A stretch of DNA of 64,000 nucleotides from Malassezia furfur. Its lineage: Eukaryota. Position 1 is the first letter of the stretch. Each line of letters opens with the position of its first letter. The notes beneath the pieces were generated by a model. It was not told the DNA's origin. It worked only from the letters and a program-made list of their open reading frames with translations, and did no database searches. Below are positions 43,401 to 52,075 of this stretch, piece by piece. A program made the translations under genes and the position numbers. The stretch lies in assembly GCA_052055015.1 (NCBI GenBank), contig JBQJIT010000017.1. One strand, given 5' to 3'.

Positions 43401-44529
43401 CCGCGGGCTTGTCGAAGAGGCACAGGCACTTGCGCTGCTCACCCTCGCGCAACTGCCGCAGTGTGCCGAACTGGACCGTGGCGACCAGGCGCTCATCCAG
43501 GATGCATTGGTGCACGCCATCGCCGACGCCGTCGACACACCGCGGTACGCGTGGACAGGACGCCTGGGGCTCGCGCCCTTCGACCCCACCGAGTGGGACC
43601 GTCATGCCCAGCGCTGGGGCTGGCCGCGCACAAGCGCCAAGACGCGCGCCATGCGCGAGGTGCTGGCCGCGCTGTACACGCGCCTCGCCTTAGCGTCGCC
43701 GCCCGGGGAGCAGGCGACGCCCCTGCCCGACGACGCGAACGACGCACAACAGCGCGCATGGGACGCGGCCCAAACGCTGCTGACGTGGCGCACGCTGTCG
43801 CTGCCGCTTGATGTGCCGCTTGTCGACGTGGTCGCGGCGGTGACCGTCGAGTCGCAGGCGCCGCGCGCGGTGGTAGCACAACCGATCGAGGTCGAGATCC
43901 GCATTGAGATCTCACTCCGGTGGGGCGCATCCAAAGACAAGGGGGTTCTTCCCCACGCCGCGGCATCGGCTGCCGCACAGGACCAAAAGGCTCTTGCGGC
44001 GCCCGAGGCGGCGCCCAAACCAGGGTCCGAAGCGGCGCCCGCCGGCGCGCCGACCGACCCAACCACAGGCGTGCAGGACGACGCATCCGACCTCGCATCG
44101 ACCTCTACACCCGGCACTGCGCTACAGGACCTTGGTGATGCCTCTTCGTCCATGTCCTCGTCGCACGGCTCGTCCGAACCGCGGTCGGACGCGGCCCAGC
44201 CTGTGGCTGAGCGGGAAATCCGCCTCCAATACAACGTTGCCGCCGACTACGTCCACTGGATCGTATGGGGTGACAAAAAGGGGACGTTTACCGTATCTAC
44301 TGATGCGCCGACGTACACCCATACGGTGCGTGCGACGCTGCTGCCCGTGCACGCCGGCGCGCTCCTTCTGCCTCGCGTGCGTGTCTCGTGCGTCCCACCC
44401 ACCCCCAGATCGCTGCAGTGCGAGTCGTACATGACCAACGGCGCGGCATGCATCGACACGCTCGACCCCGACGCGGCGGACAGTTACTGGGTGGATCTTT
44501 CGCCGCTCGACCGCCGTGTGCCTGTATGA
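40426..44529 (+). CDS. TRS130: TRAPPII subunit Trs130/TRAPPC10
   Basis: QFPLRNVHW..IRTLQ, HLFFVACDDNDMYRSKVR, GTVFEKVKADFN, ISLFDLRCYLFAQQ, C-terminal WIVWGDKKG..LLPVHAGALLLPRV. Confidence 0.85.
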   Translation: MTDAPEGRAIRITYATHSSPQAGALISHVTGLLQQQFPLRNVHWRPSPSTRCLRPSATRAAGAVSQAPHAIRTLQMLPVNLVPVQAPVNVREPVLARTPCVHLFFVACDDNDMYRSKVRSEIRNWIASLPSLMPQDFAAMRVPGEEGHDVPAVLEPEFLIVLVPPMSEAAPSTPPVMGGGAHPAMPGTPQTSAPKGPMNRFYSMNKGTVFEKVKADFNSSLHERVVQLPKLPGTVSPAATNDPVLWIELLARMKECVANTIGSLVELQDRTITLYDAQRGQPSWSFSQSLARTEQLIETLEGVELLEDSLTLYQELDQRLAAGLADGSASFPAIGGTDPGDDSLLLLGPLRKPYHAQLEQGTISLFDLRCYLFAQQAMLLGTLGHVLKVIQTTPAFIAHVAQMYARCGTAGLPRFFVEAWSFSVALDAVEQCQAWLVEQTNEGDEDPSQLPAFHAAKADLLELAVRQLLRIGLRTGHLPDRDPFRLADAGGLAYPEASDAPITRKELVEAMDRRDVFDMQLRNLIQRAVLAASLAQQHSRLFRLKYVLASLDMLRGSYAAAAPLFSELLAGDAPAAWGPLHAAVHAERLACLRHAARDHGVEWVDANLAALRTVCAMRTLMRAPQPLDERALLVALQEESAALDQETTLVGYNGFRVRLVHFRAMRTGDDDGAWLDVDVFSHLGFPLEVHSVGVYVSNYQQDQLWFQSAPLTIYPGTTSCRAYCAMPAAGFFHVQATQVRLGTHVLLEQLVQGALSLSTLADAQQHEYTRPRIFVPADGDAADVRILPQTHVELDAPRHAVLEVAAGRNTLSATVRIEPGAGVRLAAVTAPMTDSTARVECVGDTVRIDGLVPYTHCRIPLPFAAVPRGGVCELLVTLRYRSQQSHADVDRVRVRRLTAALALPLGIQIQDHFRLAHLLSQLTLEASPGAYTRIAAPRIAAPASGALQVQLPAAAPAVLVPEQPSAALLRFTLPEGQHRTAQPETFRLTIAYRGLVEEAQALALLTLAQLPQCAELDRGDQALIQDALVHAIADAVDTPRYAWTGRLGLAPFDPTEWDRHAQRWGWPRTSAKTRAMREVLAALYTRLALASPPGEQATPLPDDANDAQQRAWDAAQTLLTWRTLSLPLDVPLVDVVAAVTVESQAPRAVVAQPIEVEIRIEISLRWGASKDKGVLPHAAASAAAQDQKALAAPEAAPKPGSEAAPAGAPTDPTTGVQDDASDLASTSTPGTALQDLGDASSSMSSSHGSSEPRSDAAQPVAEREIRLQYNVAADYVHWIVWGDKKGTFTVSTDAPTYTHTVRATLLPVHAGALLLPRVRVSCVPPTPRSLQCESYMTNGAACIDTLDPDAADSYWVDLSPLDRRVPV

Positions 44530-44567
44530 TATTCATAGATCGGGCCCGATCGCACTCCACCTCCCCC

Positions 44568-47500
44568 ATGTCGCGCGCAGAGCAGGTCCGTCCGCGGCTC
44601 GTGGACCTTGCCGAGGTCGAGGAGGAGGGGAACGATGCACTGATGAACTGGCCGGCGGCCGCAACCGTCGTGAGAAAGCCGCCACCGGACGTAGGCACGA
44701 AACAGGTGCGCTTTGCGCACGCCGACGACGAAGCGCCCGCGCCCGAAGCGCCCGCGGGCGTCGACGCCAGCATGCCCGCCGACACCGCCCCGGTCGAGAA
44801 GCCGTTTGTGCCTGTCATGGGCGCGATTCGTGAGCGTACAGATGACGAGGTGCCGAGTGAGCGCCGGAACGCGCCCCGCACGTCGCGCTTCCGTGCTCAG
44901 CGCGCTATGGACCGCGCCCTGGACGAGGGCGTCGACGAGCACGGCAGGCCGCTTTCCGCCTTTCGTCGGTCGCAGCTGCTCAAGGCACGCACCCAGCCGG
45001 CCTCGCCCGGTGCGCCGCGTGCACACGCGCAGGGGCTTGCGCACAGTTCCGACATCCCGGCAGCGGCCCATGCCCCCGTGCACTCCGGCGCACGTACCCC
45101 AGCACCGTCGGCATCTGCGGATGCAATTGTGCCGGACCCTTCCCGAGACCCTGGTGGTGGTGCGCCACCGGACGAAATGGCGGCGCTGCTTGCCCAGGTT
45201 TCCTCCGAGAACGCCGAAAAGGTCTCCCAAATGAACTATGCGACGGTTGAAGACGAACTGCGCGATGCCATCTCGTTCTTTGGTGCAGATACGCTTGCCA
45301 AGCTCAAGGCGCGGCGTACAGACGTGGATGCTCCGGGCACGGTGCCAACGGACGGCGCGTCCAACGCGCGTACCGGAGACAACGAGGCAGCGAGGGACGC
45401 CGCCGATGTGCCTCATGCGCGGGACGCCGCCTTTGACGCCCCCACAGCACCTATGGTCTCGCAAGGCTGGCCGGCGCTCGAGCGGCGCCTTGCCGACGTC
45501 GACTTGGATGCCCAGCGTGCGCCTTCCATCCCCGTGCACACCAGCAGTGCCGCCGAGCTCGAGGCGTTCCGCGCCAAGTACTTCCCACAGGAGCCCGAGG
45601 CGGTGAACCCGTCGCTGGCATGGACCGTATCCGAGGACACATCGGGGGCACCACCCAAGGTGCGCTTCGATTTTGCGGGCGACGTCAGCTGGCGGCCTGG
45701 CGAGGCACGTGCGAACGATGCAACCTACCTTGCCGGTCTGCATCACCATGGCGCGCAGCAGCACGCGCCCGGCTACACGATTGACGAGCTCTTGCACCTT
45801 GTACAGAGCTCCGTGGCGTCGCAGCGTACCGTCGCGCTGCAAGTGCTCGGCCGGATCTGCATGCGCACTCCCCAGCGCCTCGCGCACGGCCTAAGTGGCG
45901 CGCGGTGGGAGACCAAAGAAGCGGATCCGTTTGTCGCAGCGGCGCTCGACGAGGAAGTGAGCGTGCCGCGTGCGCACATCTTGCTCAGCGCACGCTGGCT
46001 GCTCAACGACCGGCACCGCAGCGTGCGCGTCGCGGCGATCCAGTGCCTTGCTGCTGCGGTGCAGTCGGTGAGCGTGCTGACGGCCGATGATGCAGTGGCC
46101 ATAGGTGCGTGGCCCGTGTGTGCGCGGCCGCACACCAACTGGCTTTGGCTCGCGTCGCTGCACGACGATGCACGGTGGACGCCCCACGAACAACCGCCGT
46201 ACGTCGCTGAGAGCGACGCCAGCTATCTCGAGCTCGTGCGCCGCGACTGGGCCGCGACGCTGCTCCAAACCGAGCTGCTCCCGACGCTCGACGCGCTCGC
46301 CGCCGCATACGCGGGCCTCGATGAGGCGGCGCGCGGCGCACCGCTCGCGTCCGAGGCGCTCGAAACGCGCGCGTCGCTGCTCCGTCTTGTGTACGCCCTG
46401 GTTGTGCACAGCGCTGCGGCAGCATATGCGCTGCCGCAGCACACGCACCTTGTGCGCCTCGTGGCTCAGCGCGCCGGCACCGCGTGTGCGTGGCCACTCG
46501 GCGACGCGGCCAGCTGGCCAGATGCGTGTGCATTGGCGATCGTGCTGCGGTGCGTCGAGGCGAGCCGCGAGGCCGCCGACGCACTCATGGGCCAGGGCGT
46601 GCTGGGCGGCGTGCTGCGCTACATTGTGCTGCCGCCTGTGCCACCACAGGCCGGCGCGGCGTTTGTGCGCGAACAGGCGCTGCTGTACCTGGCCGCGCGC
46701 ATTGTCACGGCCCTTGCGCGCTACGGACAGTGCAGTACGGCAGTGCGCGAGACGTGGCATGCGCTGCAGCAACTGGGGCCTTGGGCGGCAACCTCGGCGG
46801 CGCTCGCGGCGCCGGCGGTGCTTGACATGCTTGCAGCCTGGACGCACCTGGCGCACGTCGCGCCGCAGCACGGCGATCTCGGTGTGAATTGGCCCGCGGT
46901 GCGTACGTGGGTGGCGTGGAGTGTGCAGGGCGTCCTTGGCACGGCGCATGCGCCCACCCAAACCGCGGCGCTGGCGCATCTCGCGCGCTGGGCCCGCGTC
47001 GCCCAGGCGCTCGAGCCCGCGGCGGTCGATGAGCTTGCACAGCAAGACGAGATTGTGGCTGTCGTTGATGCTCGCGTCGCCGCCCTCGGCAAGGGGCTCG
47101 ATACGCGCCTTGCTGCGCTGCACACGGCCCGCGAGGCGCATGACGCCGCACAGGCCCAAAGGATGCTCGATGGGCTCGTGGCCGACGGCCAGTACCTCGG
47201 TGCGGCGGCCGAGTTGATGCGTGCAACGGCAGGATGGGGATGGCTGCATGTGCGGACGTGTCGCGACGCACAACGTGCCCTCCTTGCGTCCGATGCCCCC
47301 GCGATGCTGAGCCTGCCCGTGCTGGACGTGAATGGGATGGGATCGGCCGCACGTACCGTGCTGCTGGCCTCGTGCGGGGCTGGTAACGTCGAGGAGCTGA
47401 ACAGCGCTGCCGGTCAGCCGGCTAAGGCCATGGAGGCGGACAACGCGGAGACTGAGGACGACAACCCCACCACGGATGCCCCGGTCGCCGCCTCGACGGC

Positions 47501-48809
47501 CGCCACCGATGCGCTTGTGACCCTCACCGCACTTCCCCCCCAAGAAGGCGCACTGGCACGCACCGTCCTCACGGCGCTCGTGCAGCACTTCGACCCCCAC
47601 CTCTGGTCTGTTCTGCAGCCGTTCTTGTGCGACGCCCTGGAGCGCGCCGGCTCGCCGCCTGCGCCGCCCTTCTCCTTGGTCCGTGCGCTGCAGTACGCCG
47701 AGGCACCACCCGTACTGGCGGTGCCCGACATGCCGCTCGGCATGCCTGAAGCGGACAGTGTGACCGGTGCGGATCTGTGGCAGCTCGCGGCCTCCGGCCT
47801 GCCGCTGCGGCCTGACTGGGCATTTGCAGCGCTGGACGACCTGCTGCACAGCGGCCATGCGCGTGCCCTGAACCGTGCGAATGCACTGCCGCCCAACTGG
47901 GACTACAGCGAGGCAGAGATTGTGCGTGCGACACTGCAGCTGGCGGTGCGTGTGGTGCACACGTCGCTCGGCATGCGCCTGCCGTGCCTGCCGCAGGCCG
48001 CCCACGTCTGGCTCGGTATCGCTAAGGTCTTTTTGCTGGAGCAGGAGCAGGGTGGCGGTCCGGACGGCGCCTATTCAGGTGCCGCGACCGGGCGCGACCT
48101 GTACACAACCGAGCCTGTGCGCCGTCTGATTGAGACGCTCGTGCGCCTCGCCGACTGTGCGGCCTGCGCGGCGCCGGCGCTCAGCCTCGAGGCTGCGGCC
48201 GATGCGCTGCGCACGGGTGTGTCGTTCTACCAGGTATATACCGACCTCGTCGGGCTGTACGACGCCGTGTCACTGGGCGACCCGCTGTTTGCGCTCACGC
48301 TGCTCCCGCCGCTCGCGATGACGTATGCGCCCGACTATCGCCGGCTGCTGTGGAGCGACTATGCGCACTTGCTGCGCACCATCACGACGCCGCTCGACGC
48401 CGCTCCCGTCGCGACGGGCGATGTCGCGGACGGTGGCGACGCGTCAGAAGAGGCCGACGCGCTATGCATCCCGCTCGCACGCCGTCTGCATGCATACCTT
48501 TTTCCGCTCGAGACGGACGCCATGGTGCTGGGCAGCTACGCCCAGGCGCTGCTCACCGGTCAGGTGACCGAAGCGCAGCCGCTGCTGCACCACATCGCGG
48601 TGCACCATGTGGGCGGCGCGCTCTGGGCGTCGCTCGAGCACTGGCCCGGTGCGCGCAGCCTCGCCGTAGCCGAGCGGGACGCACTGGGCCGCCGCGTGTT
48701 TGCGGCTTCGACGCCGTCGGTGGTACAGGAGGCCCTCTTTGCCTACGTTCCGGCGGACGTCATCCCCGGGGACCGTGCGGCAGTGCGCGCACGATGGGTA
48801 TCTACGTAG
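44568..48809 (+). CDS. RBA50: RNA polymerase II assembly factor Rba50/RPAP1
   Basis: RPAP1_N-like VSSENAEKVSQM..EDELRD and RPAP1_C-like RFDFAG..GLHHHG..PGYTIDELLHLVQSSVASQR. Start could instead be ATG 44526. Confidence 0.85.
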   Translation: MSRAEQVRPRLVDLAEVEEEGNDALMNWPAAATVVRKPPPDVGTKQVRFAHADDEAPAPEAPAGVDASMPADTAPVEKPFVPVMGAIRERTDDEVPSERRNAPRTSRFRAQRAMDRALDEGVDEHGRPLSAFRRSQLLKARTQPASPGAPRAHAQGLAHSSDIPAAAHAPVHSGARTPAPSASADAIVPDPSRDPGGGAPPDEMAALLAQVSSENAEKVSQMNYATVEDELRDAISFFGADTLAKLKARRTDVDAPGTVPTDGASNARTGDNEAARDAADVPHARDAAFDAPTAPMVSQGWPALERRLADVDLDAQRAPSIPVHTSSAAELEAFRAKYFPQEPEAVNPSLAWTVSEDTSGAPPKVRFDFAGDVSWRPGEARANDATYLAGLHHHGAQQHAPGYTIDELLHLVQSSVASQRTVALQVLGRICMRTPQRLAHGLSGARWETKEADPFVAAALDEEVSVPRAHILLSARWLLNDRHRSVRVAAIQCLAAAVQSVSVLTADDAVAIGAWPVCARPHTNWLWLASLHDDARWTPHEQPPYVAESDASYLELVRRDWAATLLQTELLPTLDALAAAYAGLDEAARGAPLASEALETRASLLRLVYALVVHSAAAAYALPQHTHLVRLVAQRAGTACAWPLGDAASWPDACALAIVLRCVEASREAADALMGQGVLGGVLRYIVLPPVPPQAGAAFVREQALLYLAARIVTALARYGQCSTAVRETWHALQQLGPWAATSAALAAPAVLDMLAAWTHLAHVAPQHGDLGVNWPAVRTWVAWSVQGVLGTAHAPTQTAALAHLARWARVAQALEPAAVDELAQQDEIVAVVDARVAALGKGLDTRLAALHTAREAHDAAQAQRMLDGLVADGQYLGAAAELMRATAGWGWLHVRTCRDAQRALLASDAPAMLSLPVLDVNGMGSAARTVLLASCGAGNVEELNSAAGQPAKAMEADNAETEDDNPTTDAPVAASTAATDALVTLTALPPQEGALARTVLTALVQHFDPHLWSVLQPFLCDALERAGSPPAPPFSLVRALQYAEAPPVLAVPDMPLGMPEADSVTGADLWQLAASGLPLRPDWAFAALDDLLHSGHARALNRANALPPNWDYSEAEIVRATLQLAVRVVHTSLGMRLPCLPQAAHVWLGIAKVFLLEQEQGGGPDGAYSGAATGRDLYTTEPVRRLIETLVRLADCAACAAPALSLEAAADALRTGVSFYQVYTDLVGLYDAVSLGDPLFALTLLPPLAMTYAPDYRRLLWSDYAHLLRTITTPLDAAPVATGDVADGGDASEEADALCIPLARRLHAYLFPLETDAMVLGSYAQALLTGQVTEAQPLLHHIAVHHVGGALWASLEHWPGARSLAVAERDALGRRVFAASTPSVVQEALFAYVPADVIPGDRAAVRARWVST

Positions 48810-49404
48810 CTTTGTTCTTGCCCTTGTCTGCGGGCCGGTCGTCGGCACTGGCGAGAGCCCCGGCGCTCGCTGCGACGTCTTCGACGCCACCGATGCGCCG
48901 GGCCTCAGTGACCATCTTGTCCGCGTACAGTAGCTGTTCCAAGCGCCCGAGCTTTTTGCGGTCGTGCCGCAATGCGTGCTTGATGTCGTCGAGCTTGGCA
49001 CGCTGCCGATGCGTCTGGAGCGCGGGCGCATGGCCACGCAGTGAGGTGCTGGGTGTCTCGCCCTGCTCGATCGCACTTGCGGCCGCCTGCGACGTCGTGA
49101 GCCCGAGCGTGTACACGGACGGCTCCGCGCGCAGGCACAGGTCGGTAAGGAAGTCGATCGTCATTTCCTCGAGCACTGCGATGGAGTCGGGCGACGGGTT
49201 CGGCGCGTCGCCGTACGCGTACATGAGGAGGCGCAGGTCCTTGGCGAAGAGCCCCGGGTTGTTGAACGGGCGGCGACCGCGCGCCGCGAGGTCCGCGCGG
49301 TACGACGCGGGTGCGTGCTCACTAGCGTCGGCGTGCGCGCGCGCCTCGGCGTCGTACGGCGTCGCGCGTCCGCCGGTGTACCGCAGCGGGGTGGTCGGCG
49401 GCAT
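48802..49404 (-). CDS. TAF13: TFIID subunit 13 (histone fold)
   Basis: GLFAKDLRLLMYAYGDAPNP..SIAVLEEMTIDFLTDLC..KLDDIKHALRHDRKKLGRLEQLL. Confidence 0.9.
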   Translation of the reverse strand: MPPTTPLRYTGGRATPYDAEARAHADASEHAPASYRADLAARGRRPFNNPGLFAKDLRLLMYAYGDAPNPSPDSIAVLEEMTIDFLTDLCLRAEPSVYTLGLTTSQAAASAIEQGETPSTSLRGHAPALQTHRQRAKLDDIKHALRHDRKKLGRLEQLLYADKMVTEARRIGGVEDVAASAGALASADDRPADKGKNKAT

Positions 49405-49450
49405 CAGAGATCACGTGGCTGGCGGCCGGGCGCTCGTTCGGCGTACCGGG

Positions 49451-51043
49451 ATGCCACCGCGCTTTGGGTTCGTGCGTCTGTCCTCTGTGTTTCGCCGAGG
49501 CCTACCCCCCGTGACTCCGAGCATCCGCCCAGCTTTTCGACTGGGTCAAGTGTCTGCGCATCTCGCCGCGTCTATTCACACAAGTGCACCCGCGAATATG
49601 CCCCCTGTCCAGCCCCCCAGCGAAGCGCACTACGATCTGATCGTCCTTGGCGGCGGGTCCGGCGGCATGGGCGCCAGCCGCCGTGCTGCGTCGTACGGCA
49701 AGAAGGTCGTGGTGATCGAAGAATCGGGCGTGCTTGGCGGTACGTGCGTCAACGTCGGGTGTGTGCCCAAGAAGATCATGTGGCATGCCGCCGATCTGCA
49801 GGAGCACCTTAAGGAGGCGCACGAGTACGGCTTCGAGGATGCAGGCAAGTCGTTCAGCGTGCCGAGCGTCAACTGGACGACGCTGGCTGAAAAGCGCGAC
49901 GCGTACGTGCGCCGCCTGAACGGCATCTATGACCGCAATCTTGAGAAGGACCACGTCGACTACATCTCGGGCCACGGCCGCCTGATGGGCAACGGCCGCG
50001 TGCGTGTGTCGCCCTCGCCGCACGGCGAGCTGAAGCAGGAGGTGAACATCTCGGCTGATCACATTGTGATCGCGACCGGTGGCCGTCCCAACGTGCCGAG
50101 CGACGAGAAGATCCCCGGCGCAAGCCTCGGCATCGACTCGGACGGCTTCTTTGCGCTGCGTGAGCAGCCGAAGCGCGTGCTCCTCGTTGGTGCGGGCTAC
50201 ATTGCCGTGGAGCTGGCGGGCATGTTCAACTCGCTCGGCTCCGAGACGCACCTCGCTATCCGCCACGATACGGTGCTGCGCAACTTTGACCCGATGATCG
50301 GTGAAACGGTCACCGACGTGATGCAAAACATGGGCATCGACGTCCTGAAGCAGACCAACGTGACCAAGGTCGAGGGCGAAAAGGGCAAGACGCTCACCGT
50401 CCACCTCGACTCGGGCAAGACGCTCGAGGTCGACGCGCTCGTTTGGGCGATCGGCCGCCACGCCAACACGCACGACCTTGGCCTCGAGACGCTTGGCGTG
50501 AAGACGGACGCAAAGGGCAACATCGAGGTGGACAAGTACCAAAACACCAACGTCGACAAGGTGTACGCCGTCGGCGACATCGGCGGCAAGGTCGAGCTGA
50601 CGCCCGTCGCGATCGCCGCCGGCCGCCGCCTGTCGAACCGCCTGTTTGGCCCCGCCAAATTCAAGGATGACCATCTCGACTACAACAACGTCGCTTCGGC
50701 CGTCTTCTCGCACCCGCCCGCAGGCTCGGTTGGTCTGAGCGAGCCCGCGGCCCGCAAGCAGTACGCGGGCGAAAAGATCACAATCTACCGCACGCGCTTC
50801 ACGCCGATGTACTACGGACTGCTCTCGCACAAGATGCCCGCTGCATACAAGATTGTGTGCGTCGGCGAGGAGCAAAAGGTCGTCGGTGTGCACATGGTCG
50901 GCATGAGCTCTGACGAAGTGATCCAGGCCGTTGCGATCGCCGTCAAGATGGGCGCGACCAAGCAAGACTTTGACGACACCGTCGCCGTCCACCCGACGTG
51001 CGCAGAAGAGCTCGTGACCACCTACACGCCGGTCCAGGAGTAG
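49451..51043 (+). CDS. GLR1: Glutathione reductase (second in-frame ATG at 49598)
   Basis: YDLIVLGGGSGG, GGTCVNVGCVPKK, GAGYIAVE, LTPVAIAAGRRL, VAVHPTCAEELVT. Confidence 0.95.
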   Translation: MPPRFGFVRLSSVFRRGLPPVTPSIRPAFRLGQVSAHLAASIHTSAPANMPPVQPPSEAHYDLIVLGGGSGGMGASRRAASYGKKVVVIEESGVLGGTCVNVGCVPKKIMWHAADLQEHLKEAHEYGFEDAGKSFSVPSVNWTTLAEKRDAYVRRLNGIYDRNLEKDHVDYISGHGRLMGNGRVRVSPSPHGELKQEVNISADHIVIATGGRPNVPSDEKIPGASLGIDSDGFFALREQPKRVLLVGAGYIAVELAGMFNSLGSETHLAIRHDTVLRNFDPMIGETVTDVMQNMGIDVLKQTNVTKVEGEKGKTLTVHLDSGKTLEVDALVWAIGRHANTHDLGLETLGVKTDAKGNIEVDKYQNTNVDKVYAVGDIGGKVELTPVAIAAGRRLSNRLFGPAKFKDDHLDYNNVASAVFSHPPAGSVGLSEPAARKQYAGEKITIYRTRFTPMYYGLLSHKMPAAYKIVCVGEEQKVVGVHMVGMSSDEVIQAVAIAVKMGATKQDFDDTVAVHPTCAEELVTTYTPVQE

Positions 51044-52027
51044 CTAGTATTTTGCCGTAGGCGCCGCGTTGTGCGCTACCGCCGTCTCAAGAAATTGGCG
51101 GATCGCCGCCCAGTATGTGCCGGGCGCATGCCGCGCAATCGCGCAATGCTTCGGCGTGGCCCACCGGCAGAGCTGCACAGTGTCTTCCGTGAGGCGCACC
51201 TCCTCGGGCGCCAGCTTTTCCAGGTCGTGCACACGCACCGGCACATGGCGCATCGTGTCCTGCGCCTCTTGTGCATGCGCAATCACCGCACCCGGGTCAA
51301 TGAATGCGTCCGCCTCGGTAAACGTATACAGCCGTGCAGGCAGCTGCGCCGGCCGCTCGCCCCACGCCCAGCTCGCGACGTCATTCACCTGGTGCTTGGC
51401 GATATCGAGGGGATTGTCCCGCCGGAGAAGCCACGCATATGCATTCATCCCATCAAACACAGCACGCGTTGAGTTGCGCATCATCCAGTGCTGGAATTGG
51501 CCCAGGTACGAGCTGCCGGGTGCCATCGGCGCCATGGCCTTGGCAAACAGCTTACCGTCCAGTAAGCCAGGCGAGCAGTCCATGATATAGGCGAGCGGAC
51601 GGGGGAGTCGTTCGGGTGCACGGCACCCGTACTCAAGCAGCGATGTGAACGGCATCAGCCCCCCGTTCGAGAAGCTGTGGAACGCCACCGTCGGGCGAAC
51701 GTCGGGCGATGCGGCATGGGCACGGTCGTGGGCTTCGCGGAGCAATTCCAACGCCGCAAGCGTGTCTTGTTCGCCGCCTGGTGGTGTCGTCATAAAAGCG
51801 CTCTTCGTCGTGCTCAACTGCACCAGCACAGTCGCGTGAGGATACAGATCCATGTACGGCTGCACGTACTTGGATACATACTTCAGCTCGGCGTCCATCC
51901 AGCCGTACACAAAGACTGCACATGGAGCATACGCCGACTTGGCCTTCTGAACGGCCGGCCGAGCCGCATACAGTGCAGTACCGACCTGTTGCAGCGCGGG
52001 CGCCATCGTACGTAGCGTCGTCCACAT
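51044..52027 (-). CDS. DUF829/TMEM53 family alpha/beta-fold protein
   Basis: VFVYGWMDAELKYVSKY, FHSFSNGG, IMDCSPG, RLYTFTEADAFI, HCAIARHAPGTYW. Start 52027 or 52006. Confidence 0.8.
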   Translation of the reverse strand: MWTTLRTMAPALQQVGTALYAARPAVQKAKSAYAPCAVFVYGWMDAELKYVSKYVQPYMDLYPHATVLVQLSTTKSAFMTTPPGGEQDTLAALELLREAHDRAHAASPDVRPTVAFHSFSNGGLMPFTSLLEYGCRAPERLPRPLAYIMDCSPGLLDGKLFAKAMAPMAPGSSYLGQFQHWMMRNSTRAVFDGMNAYAWLLRRDNPLDIAKHQVNDVASWAWGERPAQLPARLYTFTEADAFIDPGAVIAHAQEAQDTMRHVPVRVHDLEKLAPEEVRLTEDTVQLCRWATPKHCAIARHAPGTYWAAIRQFLETAVAHNAAPTAKY

Positions 52028-52075
52028 TAAGCGTACTACCCCGCGCCGCCGAGAGGGGGCCACTATTTCACGTGA

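Noticed and set aside
41527..48005. Long antisense ORFs (e.g. 41527-43275, 45891-48005, also 23445-24848, 25851-27326, 49502-50992)
   Set aside because: Shadow ORFs expected from high-GC codon bias opposite real genes; no recognisable motifs.
48350..49450. 897-aa extended glutathione reductase ORF overlapping RBA50 and TAF13
   Set aside because: The upstream part is an off-frame/antisense shadow; the plausible start is 49451.
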